The notes under the pieces are model-generated. The model ran no database searches. It saw only the letters and a program-made list of their open reading frames with translations, and was not told the origin of the DNA. A program made the translations under genes and the position numbers. Of a stretch of DNA of 64,000 nt, positions 1 to 10,929 are shown one piece after another. The stretch's first letter is position 1. The number at the start of each line of letters is the position of its first letter. Source of the stretch: Spirochaetia bacterium (GTDB taxonomy: Bacteria; Spirochaetota; Spirochaetia; DSM-2461); the NCBI GenBank assembly GCA_963666985.2, contig CAXXIA010000002.1, forward strand, positions 2,944,001 to 3,008,000. The letters run 5' to 3'.

Positions 1-4
1 CGAT

Positions 5-1255
5 CTAGATTTCCTTCTGCTCCTGGTGAAAAGCCTTTTCGGCGGCTTTTTCTTCGGCGAGTATCCGTTTGAGTTCGGCCTTTTCTTCAGCCTTCATCCG
101 GGCGTAAGTTGATTTCATTTCCGCTTTTGTTTCCGATATCTCTTTCTTCTTTTTGGCGGCGGCCTCTCCGCCGAGTCCCGCCAGTTCTTCCTTCAGCCGC
201 GCGAGTTTCACCAGTTCTCCGTTCCGATAGGCGGCCGCCGGGGTGAGAACTTTTACCTCGGAAGCTTTCTTGTTCCGGTATTGGTCGAGAAGCACGGCGC
301 CGATAACGACCACACCGGTGAAGAAGGTCTGGTAATGAGCCTGCAGATCCATGGAGGGCAGTCCCACGCGGAGGATGCTCATGATGTACACGCCGATAAG
401 GGTGCCGGAGATGGTTCCCATTCCGCCGGAAAGGGAGGTTCCGCCGATAACGGCTCCCGCGATGGCGTAGAGTTCGAATCCGGCGCCTTGAGCCGGCATA
501 ACGGTGGTGTAAACCGCGGCGAAGGCGATGCCGCCGAAACCGGCCATAATGCCGCTGACCACATAGGCCATCAGTTCCCATTTCCGAACGTTTACTCCGG
601 AAAGCCGGGCGGCTTCCTTGTTGGAACCGACGGCGAAAATGTAGCGGCCCATTTTTGTTTTTGTCAGAATCAGGGCGCAGATGACGGCGACGACGATGAG
701 AATCATGAACCCCGTGGGAATGGTCGTCCCGTCATCACCGAGGTACTTGAACATGCTTTTAAACCAGCCGTCCGCCTCGGATCGGGTGGGGAAGGTGGCG
801 CTCCGTACGTTCGAGACGATGGAACCGAGACCTTTGGAGATCATCATGGTTCCGAGCGTTGCGATGAAGGGAGGAAGCTTCCACCAGGCCACCATGATTC
901 CGTTGACGATGCCGAAGAGTGTCGCCACCACCATAATCAGCACCAGGGAGAGCCACATGGACCATCCCCAGGTTTTATAGGCCGTGCCGCCGATGATGGC
1001 CGCGCACATCATGATGGTTCCGCAGCTGAGGTCGATGCCGCCGGTGATGATGACGAAGGTGACGCCGATGGCGATGAAGCCGATATAATACGAGGCGTCC
1101 AGAATGTTGATCAGCGAAACGTACGAGAAGAAATTTCTTCCGAAGATGCCGAAGAAGATGTAGAGGATTAGCAAAGCGGCGGGGGCCAGGAATTTCAGCA
1201 GCCCGATTTCCCGAATTTTGTCGCCCATGCTTTTTCGAATACCGATATCGCTCAT
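5..1255 (-). CDS. Monosaccharide ABC transporter permease (RbsC/BPD_transp_2 family) with charged C-terminal extension
   Basis: Motifs TFVIITGGIDLS, LPPFIATLG, GRYIFAVGSNKEAARLSG, ELYAIAGAVIGGTSLSGG; many TM segments. Confidence 0.93.
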   Translation of the reverse strand: MSDIGIRKSMGDKIREIGLLKFLAPAALLILYIFFGIFGRNFFSYVSLINILDASYYIGFIAIGVTFVIITGGIDLSCGTIMMCAAIIGGTAYKTWGWSMWLSLVLIMVVATLFGIVNGIMVAWWKLPPFIATLGTMMISKGLGSIVSNVRSATFPTRSEADGWFKSMFKYLGDDGTTIPTGFMILIVVAVICALILTKTKMGRYIFAVGSNKEAARLSGVNVRKWELMAYVVSGIMAGFGGIAFAAVYTTVMPAQGAGFELYAIAGAVIGGTSLSGGMGTISGTLIGVYIMSILRVGLPSMDLQAHYQTFFTGVVVIGAVLLDQYRNKKASEVKVLTPAAAYRNGELVKLARLKEELAGLGGEAAAKKKKEISETKAEMKSTYARMKAEEKAELKRILAEEKAAEKAFHQEQKEI

Positions 1256-1275
1256 GATTGTTATTTCTCCCGTTC

Positions 1276-2778
1276 TTACGCCGACTCACGCATGGTGGCG
1301 AATTTCATGATTTTTTCCTGACTGGCTCCCTCGATATCGAGTTCGCCGGTTACCCGCCCTTCGCACATCACCACGATGCGGTCGCTCATGCGGAGCACCT
1401 CGGGCAGTTCCGAGGAAATCATGATGATGGATTTTCCTTGTGCCGCCAGTTCGTTCATCAGGGTGTAGATTTCACTCTTGGCGCCGACGTCGATGCCGCG
1501 GGTGGGCTCGTCGAAAATGAGAATTTCCGCGTCGTTTATAAGCCATTTCGCGACGACCACTTTCTGCTGATTCCCGCCCGAGAGATTCTTCAGAAGCTGA
1601 TCCAGCGAGGGAGTTTTAATGCTCAGCATTTTGACGTATTCGTCGGTAATCTCCCGGACTCTGGCGGCGTGGATAAAGACGCCTCTTTCGTATTTATCGT
1701 AGGAGGCCATCAGGGAGTTTTCGATAACGTTCAAGCCGACGGCCAGTCCGAATCGTTTGCGGTCTTCCGAAAGGTATCCGATTCCGTGGTTTACGGCGTC
1801 TATGGGGCTGGTGATTTTAACGGGTCTGCCTTTCACTTTGATGGTGCCGCTTTGAATCTCATCGGCGCCGAAAATGGCGCGGGCTGTTTCGGTGCGGCCG
1901 GCGCCCATAAGACCGGCGAATCCGAGTATTTCACCCCGGCGCAGATAAAAGCCGACGTCTTTCACCAATTTCCCGGCATTCAGATTGCGGACTTCGAGAA
2001 CCACTTCGGCGTCCGGCTTAACGTTGCTTCTCTCCTTGGGCTTCTCGTAAATGATTCGGCCGACCATCATGTTGATGATGTCTTCCTTGGTTGTTTTCTC
2101 CGTGTCGCTGGTTCCGACGTATTCGCCGTCGCGCATTACGGTAACCCGGTCGGTAATCCGGCCGATTTCATCCATTCGGTGGGAAATGTAAATCATCGCC
2201 ACGCCTTTGGAGGCCAAATCCCGCATGATGACAAAGAGTTCTTCGATTTCCGTTTCCGTCAGCGCCGCCGTGGGTTCGTCCAGGATGAGCACCTTCAAAT
2301 GATGGGAAACGGCTTTGGCGATTTCCACCATTTGCTGTTTTCCAATGGTCAGACGGCTCAGGGTTTCGGCCGGATTGATGTTCATGTTGAGCCGATCGAA
2401 GAGTGCCTCGGCCCGTTTGTTCTGGCGTTTTTCGTCAAGGAAAAGTCCGCCCTTCATGGACTCGCGTCCGATGAAGATGTTCTGGGCCACCGTGAGATGC
2501 TCCATCATGTTGAGTTCCTGATGGATAATGCCGACGCCGGCGTTAAGTGCCTGTTTCGGATTGTGCGGATGAAACAGCTTTCCCTGGAAATGGATTTCGC
2601 CGGAGTCTTTTTCGTAAATGCCGGTGAGGACTTTCATCAGGGTGGATTTTCCGGCCCCGTTTTCGCCTACCAGGGCATGAATTTCTCCGGCCCGAAGTTC
2701 GAAATCCACGCCTTTAAGGGCATGGACTCCCATGAATCGTTTATGGATGTTCTTCATCGAAAGGACGATTTCGCCCAA
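1276..2778 (-). CDS. Sugar ABC transporter ATP-binding protein (RbsA/MglA type, two NBDs)
   Basis: Walker A GENGAGKST, LILDEPT, SHR, LSGGNQQKV, DEPTRGIDVGAK. Confidence 0.96.
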   Translation of the reverse strand: MGEIVLSMKNIHKRFMGVHALKGVDFELRAGEIHALVGENGAGKSTLMKVLTGIYEKDSGEIHFQGKLFHPHNPKQALNAGVGIIHQELNMMEHLTVAQNIFIGRESMKGGLFLDEKRQNKRAEALFDRLNMNINPAETLSRLTIGKQQMVEIAKAVSHHLKVLILDEPTAALTETEIEELFVIMRDLASKGVAMIYISHRMDEIGRITDRVTVMRDGEYVGTSDTEKTTKEDIINMMVGRIIYEKPKERSNVKPDAEVVLEVRNLNAGKLVKDVGFYLRRGEILGFAGLMGAGRTETARAIFGADEIQSGTIKVKGRPVKITSPIDAVNHGIGYLSEDRKRFGLAVGLNVIENSLMASYDKYERGVFIHAARVREITDEYVKMLSIKTPSLDQLLKNLSGGNQQKVVVAKWLINDAEILIFDEPTRGIDVGAKSEIYTLMNELAAQGKSIIMISSELPEVLRMSDRIVVMCEGRVTGELDIEGASQEKIMKFATMRESA

Positions 2779-2914
2779 TACGTCCCCCTTGTCGGATGAG
2801 CACGGTATCGCCTTCGCGGTTGGCGATTCGGCTTGTCGTGAGTCTATTATCCGACCGGTTTTAGTGAACGCGAAATCGAGAATATTACGATGATTGTTGA
2901 AAAACGTCCGGCGG

Positions 2915-3902
2915 TTACTCGTTTACCGGAAACAGCAGTTCCTGATACTCCCGCTGGAACATGTTTTTCTGCGGTAATAAGAACCGATCCTGTGTCGATG
3001 ATCGGCTGCACTTCGTGCCCCTTCAGATATTCCACGGCCGTGAGAACGGACATGTAGCCCATGTTGTACGGCCGCTGCACCACCAGCGCGTCGATCACGC
3101 CCGTTTCCAGGAAAGCCAGTTCCTTGGGCGCGTTGTCGAATCCGACCACGAAAATCCGTTCGGCGGCGCCCGCGTCGGCTACGGCCTGTCCCGCGCCCAA
3201 AGCGACGATTTCATTGAGCGCCACGATTCCTTTAATCGACGGAATCTTCAGGATTTCCATCGTGTTTTCGTAAGCGATACTCTCGTCGATTTCACAGAAC
3301 CAGGTACCCGCCACCGTACTCATGGGCAGAGTCTGCCGAACGCCCGCCTCCCTCTCGATGGCGGTGGCCGTTTCCCGGCTGTGGCTGACGATGGCCACGG
3401 AAGCGGGTTCGGGATTCTCCAAAAGCCGCGCAATCTCCCCTCCGGCCTTAACTCCGGCCTGAAGATTGTCGGTTGCTATGAAGGAAACCGGATAGGAGGA
3501 GTTCACGCCCGAGTCCAGAGTGATAACGGGGATATTCTTTTCGGCCGCTTTTTTTAAAGGCTCGGCCAAAAGGTAATAATCCGAAGCCGCCAGGATGATG
3601 AGCGGGGGATCTTCTTCGATAACGCGCTGTAGGATATTCAGCTGCCGATTAATCTGTTTTTCATGGTCGGGACCCGTGATGACAACTTCGACGCCGAATT
3701 CCTTGGCGGCTTCTTTCATGCCTTCCTGTGCCACGTTCCAGAAATTCATGGGCTGGCCTGTAACGGTCGCTTTAAAAATCGCCACGATGGGTTTGTCCAG
3801 GTTCAATTCGTCGGATTTCCCCGGCTCCAGGGAAAAAGTCAGCACAAGAAAGAGCGTCAGAGCGAGGATGAGGCCGCCGAGAAAAAAAAGGAAGTACTTC
3901 AT
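2915..3902 (-). CDS. RbsB-fold sugar-binding protein with N-terminal membrane anchor; +1 indel near the 3' end
   Basis: IPVITLDS, FIATDNLQAG, VVGFD, VQRPYNMGY. Removing one base from the T5 run at 2964-2968 gives a typical C-terminus ENMFQREYQELLFPVNE* (stop at 2915). The uncorrected ORF runs to 2847. Confidence 0.85.
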
Positions 3903-5675
3903 GCCGTTTCGCTCCTTTCGGCGGGAAGGCGAATGGTGATGACGGTGCCTTTTCCCGCTCCGCTGTCGTAGGTGAGTCCGTATTCCCTGCCGAAGTAGAG
4001 CCGGATGCGTTCGTGAACATTGCGGATACCCGTTCCTTCCCGTCTCTGCGGATCGGGTTCTTCCTCGTCGTCAACACTGTTGAGCATCGCCGCCAGCTGC
4101 CGAACGTCCATGCCTTCTCCGTTGTCTTTTACGGTGAGAATCAAGGAGTTTCCGTTCCGGCTTCCTCTGATTTCGATAAGCCCTTCGTAATCGACGCTGC
4201 GGATTCCGTGGTAGATGGCGTTTTCCACCAGCGGCTGGAGGGTGATTTTGAGCACGGAAAGATCCAGAAGGTCTTCGGAAATATCGATCAGGTAGCGGAA
4301 CTTGTTTTTATAGCGCATTTCCTGGATGGTCAGATAGGAGCGGACATGTTCGAGTTCGTCGCGCAGGGAAATGATTTCATGCCCTTTGCTGATGGAAATG
4401 CGGAAAAGGCGCGAGAGCGCGGAGGTCATTTTAACGACTTCTTCGTGCTTTTCCATTTCGCCCATCCAGATGATGGAGTCCAGCGTGTTATAAAGGAAGT
4501 GGGGATTAATTTGCGCCTGCAGCGCTTTGAGATCGCTTTTTCTTTTAAGCTCCTGTTCCCGAATGTTTTCTTCCATGAGTTCCCCGATGCGGCCCACCAT
4601 CAGATCGTATTCTTTCGCCAGTTCACGAATCTCATCGGTGGCTTCCAGTTCTCCGGCCTTCTTGAAATCACCGGTTTCAACGCTTCTCATGACGAATTGG
4701 AGCTGCCTGAGCGGCTTCGTGATGCCTTTGGTGATGAGGTTGGTCGCCAGACCGACGATGATGAAAAGGATCAGCCCGACCAGGGCGTTCATCATTTGGA
4801 CATAAGGGCCGCCGGTTACCAAATCGCTGTCGTAGGAAACACTGACCACGTACCATCCCGTGCTGGCCGATTCCGCGGCGATATAATTGCGCCCTTTCGT
4901 TCTTAAGAGGGGTTTTTCGGTATTGAGGGTTTTCCCGGACGGCGGCGATCGGTTCCTGTTTAATTTCACTGTAAACGAGCTGCTGTGACGGATGGAACAC
5001 ATAATTTCCGAATTTGTCGATGATGAAGTCGTATCCCTTTCGGCCGATTACCAGCGATTCGCAGAGTTCCTTAATGCGATTGAATTTCAAATCAACGAGG
5101 AGAACTCCCGCCGGAGAACCGTCGTCTCCGAAGATTTCGGTGCTCAGCGAAACAACCCAGGAGTACCGGCCCGGGACAAGGTTTTGAACGTACGCCGTCG
5201 AGGCGACTGTTTTTCCTCCGGCCTTCAGGGTTTCGCGATACCATGCGGCGTTTTGATAATCCGAGAATTCGGCGGGATCGGTGCCGTCGCCGCAGACGGC
5301 GTCTCCATCGCCGCGAAAAAGGATGATGGAGGAAATGTCGTCACGGGCTTTGATATAAGAGGCCAGTCGTTCTTCCAGGATACGGCGCGGATCGGTATCG
5401 GTGTCGAAGGATTTCGAGGTAAGAAACGCCCTGGCATCCTTGTCGTCGATAACCGCGCGGGTGATTCGTTCCATACCGGCGATGTAGCTGTCGATTTGTT
5501 CCACAAGCTCTCCGAGCAGCAGGCGATTGTTTTCCAGAGCGGCGTTTCGTACCGAACTGATGGTGAAGCGCGTGGAAATTATCTGCATGGTGAGAATGGT
5601 GCTGAAGAAAATCAGTGTGAAAATGAGGTAGAACCGGGATTCCAATGTTCCGAAACGGCGCAGCAGATGCGGCAT
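3899..5675 (-). CDS. YesM-like sensor histidine kinase (dCache-HAMP-His_kinase-HATPase), split by one frameshift near 4930
   Basis: ORF 4677-5675 encodes TM plus Cache domain; ORF 3899-5002 has ALQAQINPHFLYNTLDSI, LQPLVENAIYHG, VKDNGEG. The two join by removing one base at the run near 4930-4933. Confidence 0.9.
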
Positions 5676-7249
5676 CAGCGTTCCATCTCCCTGCGATATT
5701 CGGTCGTGGTGAATCCGGTGACTTTCTTGAAAATGCTTGAGAAATAGCGGGGATCCTGGTAGCCCACGGCCTCGGCCACCTCATAGCTCTTCATGTCCGT
5801 TGTTTTCAGCAGCCGTTTGGCTTCGTCTATGCGGGCTTCGGTGAGGTATTCCACGAATGTTCTGCCCGTTCCCTCTTTAAAGAGGGTGCTGAACTGACTG
5901 GTGCTGAGGTACAGTTCGGCGCAGATATCCCGAAGAGAGAAGCTTTTTTCAACGAAACGCCGGGCGATGATTCCTCGGGCTTTATCAATGCGTGAGTGGA
6001 CGGCGTCAAGCCGTCTTTTTCTGATATGTTCCTCGATGGAAAGGATTTGTTCCCTGTAGAAATTATGGGCCTCCGTGAGCCGGGCGAAACGCCGGGGTTC
6101 GGCGGTGAGGGAAAGATCGTTTAAAACTCCTTCGGAACCGAGATTCATTTCATCGACAAAATCCGAGAGATGGTATTGAAGCCGCGCCAGATAATCGACG
6201 ACATCCGAAGAGGTCAGATAGCTTTCATTGAAAAGAGCGAAGATGCTTTCAAGGGCCTCGACGGATGAACGGCCGACTCCTTCCCTCAGAGCCGTCATCA
6301 GGCGGCGTATGCGGCTGATGAACGCTTCCTGCGAAACACGGCTTTTTCGTCTGATATCCTCAATGGATTGAATTCGTGAAAGCCCCAGTATCTTTGCATG
6401 ATCTACGGCGGATCCGGCTCCCAGGTAGCTGCTGTTGACATCTTCGAGATGGTTTACGGTTTCTCCGATACCGATGATAACGGGTGTTTCCCCCAGAGAC
6501 AGAGCCGCGGCGAAGAGGTCTTCGGCGACGGAGTTTGCTCGTGTTTCCAGAGGCGCCTCTTCGGATTCTTGAAAAAGAATAACCAAGTCTTCGTTTCTAT
6601 TGCTGAACACCGCGTCACGGGTTTCGGTTTTTTCCTTGGCCTTTTCGGCCAGGGCCAGCCGCATGATTTCGTTCCATTCGTCCGGATAGCAGACGATCAT
6701 CGTTTTGCAGAATCCGCATTCGTTTTTCCAACCGAAGTACGGCAGACGGCGGTGTATATCCTCCGGATTTATTCTTCCCGAGACCAGGCGATAAAAAAAG
6801 CGCTCTCTGAGCAGAGGCAGACTCCGCTCCAGAAGCTCCTTCAGCCTCTCCCGCTCTTTCTCGGCTTCCGCGAACCTGTCGAGTTCGGTTTTCGTTCGTT
6901 CCAGAACATCGGTCAGTTCTTCGGCGGTGATGGGTTTAAGGAGAAACTCCTTAACCCGGTTCCTTACCGCTTCCTGGGCGTACTCGAATTCGTCGAATCC
7001 CGTTAGAAGCAGGATCTGTACCCGCGGGTGTGTTTCGGCCAGTTTCCGGCTGAGCGTAAGCCCGTCCATTTTCGGCATGCTGATGTCCGAAAGAACGACG
7101 TCCACTTCGTTCTCTTGAATAAACTCAAGCGCCGCCAGACCGTCGCCGAACACGCCGGTCAGTTCGAATCCGTTTTCGCCCCATCGGATGCGCGATGAGA
7201 TGCCTTCCCGGATAATGTCTTCGTCGTCGACGAAGATGAGCTTATACAC
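5675..7249 (-). CDS. YesN-like response regulator (REC plus AraC HTH)
   Basis: VDDE, SDISMPKMDG, FLLKP; C-terminal YEVAEAVGYQDPRYFSSIFKK. Confidence 0.95.
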   Translation of the reverse strand: MYKLIFVDDEDIIREGISSRIRWGENGFELTGVFGDGLAALEFIQENEVDVVLSDISMPKMDGLTLSRKLAETHPRVQILLLTGFDEFEYAQEAVRNRVKEFLLKPITAEELTDVLERTKTELDRFAEAEKERERLKELLERSLPLLRERFFYRLVSGRINPEDIHRRLPYFGWKNECGFCKTMIVCYPDEWNEIMRLALAEKAKEKTETRDAVFSNRNEDLVILFQESEEAPLETRANSVAEDLFAAALSLGETPVIIGIGETVNHLEDVNSSYLGAGSAVDHAKILGLSRIQSIEDIRRKSRVSQEAFISRIRRLMTALREGVGRSSVEALESIFALFNESYLTSSDVVDYLARLQYHLSDFVDEMNLGSEGVLNDLSLTAEPRRFARLTEAHNFYREQILSIEEHIRKRRLDAVHSRIDKARGIIARRFVEKSFSLRDICAELYLSTSQFSTLFKEGTGRTFVEYLTEARIDEAKRLLKTTDMKSYEVAEAVGYQDPRYFSSIFKKVTGFTTTEYRREMER

Positions 7250-7362
7250 GCCGATACTCCCGATGGAACATCAGCATAACATATCAATCGCTTCGGCGGG
7301 TCAATCGATATTCGCCGAAGCCGTCTTGAGCCTATGCTCACCGCTTCGGCGGAGATCGGTTC

Positions 7363-8289
7363 CTACCTGTCGCCCCTGACGAAGGCTTCACCCAGGGTGG
7401 CCGGAGCATTCATTCTGCGCTGACCGGATTTTGAGAGGCCGTAAAGGAAGAGCACCACCAGCGTGGAGAGGTAAGGCAGCATGGCCAGGATGTTCGGAGA
7501 AATGCCCAGGGGCTGCAGCATGTACTGCAGAACGAAGATTCCTCCGAAAAGATAGGCTCCCACGAAGGCCATGCCCGGCTGCCACAGAGAGAAGATGGTC
7601 AGCGCGATGACGATCCAGCCCCGTCCCGCGGTCATTCCTTCGTTCCAGGATCCGCTGTAAGCGGTTGAAAGGTAGGCGCCGGCCATTCCGGCCAAGCCCC
7701 CGCCGGCCATAACGGCAAGATATTTCACTCTGTTGACGGGAATCCCCTGTGATTCGGCGGCCTTGGGGTTCTCGCCGACCGAACGCAGGGTAATGCCCAG
7801 ACGCGTGTGCTTCAGAAGGAACCAGGCAATGATGCCGATGAGCACCGAGAGGTACACATAGGCGTCGTGCTGAAAAAGAATCGAACCTACCACGGGCAGA
7901 TCGGAAAGACCGGGAATGTTCAAAAACGGCATTTTATTCTGCAGAGGGTGGCCGATGTAGGGCTTGCCCCAGAGACCGCTGATTCCCAGTCCGAGCATGG
8001 TCAGGGCCAATCCGCTGACCACCTGGTTCGCACGCAGGCCGATGCAGACAAAACCGTGCAGACTCGCCAGGAGCATTCCCACGAGTATGGCCGCCAGGAG
8101 TCCCAGCCATGGGTTTCCGGAAGTGAAGGTAACGATGAAGCCCGTAACCGCACCCGCGGACATCAGTCCTTCCATGCCGAGATTCATGATTCCGGAGCGT
8201 TCGGTGATGATTTCTCCCAGGGTACCCAGAAGCAGGGGCGTTCCGGCGATGATGGTTCGGGTAAGAACGGATACGAAGAGATTAAGCAT
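7363..8289 (-). CDS. Nucleoside/purine ABC transporter permease (YufQ/NupC-like)
   Basis: ERSGIMNLGMEG, ANQVVSG, LRSVGENPKAA, GRGWIVIAL, MLPYL. Confidence 0.9.
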   Translation of the reverse strand: MLNLFVSVLTRTIIAGTPLLLGTLGEIITERSGIMNLGMEGLMSAGAVTGFIVTFTSGNPWLGLLAAILVGMLLASLHGFVCIGLRANQVVSGLALTMLGLGISGLWGKPYIGHPLQNKMPFLNIPGLSDLPVVGSILFQHDAYVYLSVLIGIIAWFLLKHTRLGITLRSVGENPKAAESQGIPVNRVKYLAVMAGGGLAGMAGAYLSTAYSGSWNEGMTAGRGWIVIALTIFSLWQPGMAFVGAYLFGGIFVLQYMLQPLGISPNILAMLPYLSTLVVLFLYGLSKSGQRRMNAPATLGEAFVRGDR

Positions 8290-9370
8290 GGACGGCGGCT
8301 CCTTTCCGGATGCGGATTCTGTGACTGATGAAGAAATCCCCCATAATCAGGAACGTCAGGATCATTCCGTTGAAAACATTCACCGTGGCGGCGGGCATCT
8401 GCATCGAAATCTGAATGGCGTCTCCGCCGACGATAATGCCCGCGAAGAACAATCCTGAGATAATGGTGTAGGCCGGATTCAGTCTGGCCAGCCAAGCCAC
8501 GATGATGGCGGTGAATCCGTACCCGGCGCTCAACGTTTCCGGATAGCTTAAGTAGTGATGGATGGACATCAGTTCTCCGGCTCCGGCCAGTCCCGCCATG
8601 CCTCCGGATATGGCCATAAGAACCAGGGAGGTGCGGAAAAAGTTTATTCCGGAATACCGGGCGGCATGGGTATTCTCGCCGATGACTCGAATCTCATAAC
8701 CGAATCGGCTGCGGTACACCAGCCAGCCCAGAATCAGCGCTCCGGCGGCGGCGAGAATGAGCAGAACCGGAGAAATGCGGGAGTAGGGCAGATGTTTCAA
8801 AATCCCGGCCGCCGGCAGATCGTCCGTGTAGGGATATCCGCCCTTTGTGGCGCCTTTCCAGGGACCGACCACGAGAAACTTGACGAATTCGGCCGCGATG
8901 TAGTTCAGCATGAGGGTGGAAATCACTTCGTTGATTCCGAATTTGATTTTCAATACCGCCGGAATCATTCCCCAAAGTCCGCCGCCGATGAAGGCGACCA
9001 GGAACATCAGCGGAACCAGAACCACGGCCGGCAGATGGGGGCCCCAGTTCAGGCCTGCCCAGGTTGCGAAAATGCCGCCCACCAAGAGCTGGCTTTCGGC
9101 GCCGATGTTCCAGAATTTGGCTTTATAGGCCATGGCCAGTCCGCTTCCGATCAGGATGAGGGGGATGGCCTTTGTAATGGTTTCCTTAATGCCGTACAGA
9201 CTGCCGAAGCATCCTTTGAAAATGGCGAAGATGGCGGCGGCCGGATTCACACCGTTGAGGGCGAAGACAACGCTTACGGCCAGCAAACCCGCGATGAGCG
9301 AGGTTACTAGGATGAGGAGGTTCAGCGCCGGCGTGGTGCGTTCCCTCGGGAACAGATCGATTTGCATCAC
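8282..9370 (-). CDS. Nucleoside/purine ABC transporter permease (YufP/NupB-like)
   Basis: FWNIGAESQ, NEVISTLMLNYIA, GYEIRVIGEN..AARYSG, GYGFTAIIVAWL. Confidence 0.9.
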   Translation of the reverse strand: MMQIDLFPRERTTPALNLLILVTSLIAGLLAVSVVFALNGVNPAAAIFAIFKGCFGSLYGIKETITKAIPLILIGSGLAMAYKAKFWNIGAESQLLVGGIFATWAGLNWGPHLPAVVLVPLMFLVAFIGGGLWGMIPAVLKIKFGINEVISTLMLNYIAAEFVKFLVVGPWKGATKGGYPYTDDLPAAGILKHLPYSRISPVLLILAAAGALILGWLVYRSRFGYEIRVIGENTHAARYSGINFFRTSLVLMAISGGMAGLAGAGELMSIHHYLSYPETLSAGYGFTAIIVAWLARLNPAYTIISGLFFAGIIVGGDAIQISMQMPAATVNVFNGMILTFLIMGDFFISHRIRIRKGAAVHA

Positions 9371-10929
9371 GCGTCCTCCTTGGGCAGGGATGCTTCGGCT
9401 TCCGTGGGATTCACTTCGGAAGCGGACGAACCGGCCATCATCAGGCCGATTTCTTCGATGGTGCAGGCATCCGGGGTGACTTCACCCATAAACTTGCCCT
9501 CGAACATAACCGCGATTCGATCGCAGACCATGAACAGCTCATCCAGATCTTCGGACACCAAAAGCACGGCGCCTCCGCCGTCCCTCAAGGCGATAATCTG
9601 TTTGCGCACGTATTCGGTGGCGCCGACATCCAGACCGTATGTGGGGTGGGCCGCGATGAGCAGATCCGGTTCACCGGAGATTTCACGGCCCAGGATGAGC
9701 TTCTGAATATTTCCGCCCGAAAGGCTTTTTACCTGAATGTTGATGGACGGGGTATCAACCTGGAATCCGTCGACGAGTTTCTCGGCATGGTCCTTGATTA
9801 CACCGTAATTCATCTGAAGCCCATTGCTGAACGGAGCGTCGCGATGCTGCTTGAGTACGGAATTTTCATAAAGAAGCAAATTCGGGACGATTCCGTATTT
9901 AATCCGTTCTTCGGGAACATGCGTGATGCCGAGTGTGTGGGCTTTCCGGGCGTCGGCATGGTCCAGAGGCTTCCCCTTCATCGTTATGGTGCCGTTCAGC
10001 GGGGTGCGCAGACCGGTAATCGTTTCCACCAGTTCCTGCTGACCGTTTCCCGAAACACCGGCGATTCCCAGGATTTCTCCGCTGCGGACTTCCAGGTTCA
10101 GATTACGGACCGCCGGCAGCCCCCGGTCCGAATCAACATCCAGATTCGTTACCTTCAGCACCGTTTTTCCGGGAGGTCTGTCGGCTTTGGGATAAGCCGT
10201 GGCAATCTGCCTCCCGATCATCATTTCGGCCAGCTTTCCTTTATTCACGTCTTTAATGGAGGCTTCTCCGGTTACTTGGCCTTTGCGGAGAACCATCACC
10301 CGGTTGCAGATGCTCAGGATTTCTTCGAGCTTGTGACTGATCAGGATGACCGAATGCCCCCCCGAACACATTTTTTTAAGAATCTCGAAGAGTTCGTCCG
10401 CTTCCTGCGGAGTAAGAACCGAAGTCGGTTCGTCCATGATGAGCAGGTCGGCGTTTCGGGAAAGAGCCTTAATGATTTCCACGCGCTGCTGCTCACCGGC
10501 GGAGAGTTCCCATATGGGCTTGTCCGGATCCACTTCCAGTCCGTATTGAGACGAGAGTTCCCTGATTCGTCCCCGCAGCTTCTTATGCGGAAAGAAGAAC
10601 GGCGCGTCTTCGTATCCCAAGGCGATGTTTTCGAGAACCGAATGCTTCTCCACCAGCATGAAGTGCTGATGGATCATGCCGATTCCCGCTCTCATGCTGT
10701 CCTTGGGGCTTCGAAGCCGTATCAGTTCGTTGTTGATCAGGATGTCGCCTTCATCGGGGTAGTAAAGGCCGAAGAGGATGTTCATCAGCGTCGTTTTTCC
10801 GGCGCCGTTTTCGCCGAGCAGTCCCAGGATTTCCCCGGATTCCACTTTGAGGTTAATATCCCTGTTTGCTTTTACCTCAAGAAAGGATTTGCTGATGCCC
10901 CGCATTTCGAGTGACTGGATTCTGTTCAA
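9367..10929 (-). CDS. Nucleoside ABC transporter ATP-binding protein (YufO/NupA-like)
   Basis: [42 protein letters not shown]. Start placed at TTG 10929, 5 nt after GGAGG; the ORF-track extension to 11259 is probably not coding. Confidence 0.92.
   Translation of the reverse strand: MNRIQSLEMRGISKSFLEVKANRDINLKVESGEILGLLGENGAGKTTLMNILFGLYYPDEGDILINNELIRLRSPKDSMRAGIGMIHQHFMLVEKHSVLENIALGYEDAPFFFPHKKLRGRIRELSSQYGLEVDPDKPIWELSAGEQQRVEIIKALSRNADLLIMDEPTSVLTPQEADELFEILKKMCSGGHSVILISHKLEEILSICNRVMVLRKGQVTGEASIKDVNKGKLAEMMIGRQIATAYPKADRPPGKTVLKVTNLDVDSDRGLPAVRNLNLEVRSGEILGIAGVSGNGQQELVETITGLRTPLNGTITMKGKPLDHADARKAHTLGITHVPEERIKYGIVPNLLLYENSVLKQHRDAPFSNGLQMNYGVIKDHAEKLVDGFQVDTPSINIQVKSLSGGNIQKLILGREISGEPDLLIAAHPTYGLDVGATEYVRKQIIALRDGGGAVLLVSEDLDELFMVCDRIAVMFEGKFMGEVTPDACTIEEIGLMMAGSSASEVNPTEAEASLPKEDA

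Noticed and set aside
1258..2799. 513-aa plus-strand ORF, and similar long antisense ORFs at 9646-10914, 32166-33578 and 49822-51120
   Set aside because: These are shadow frames opposite well-supported genes, expected in GC-rich DNA, and carry no motifs.
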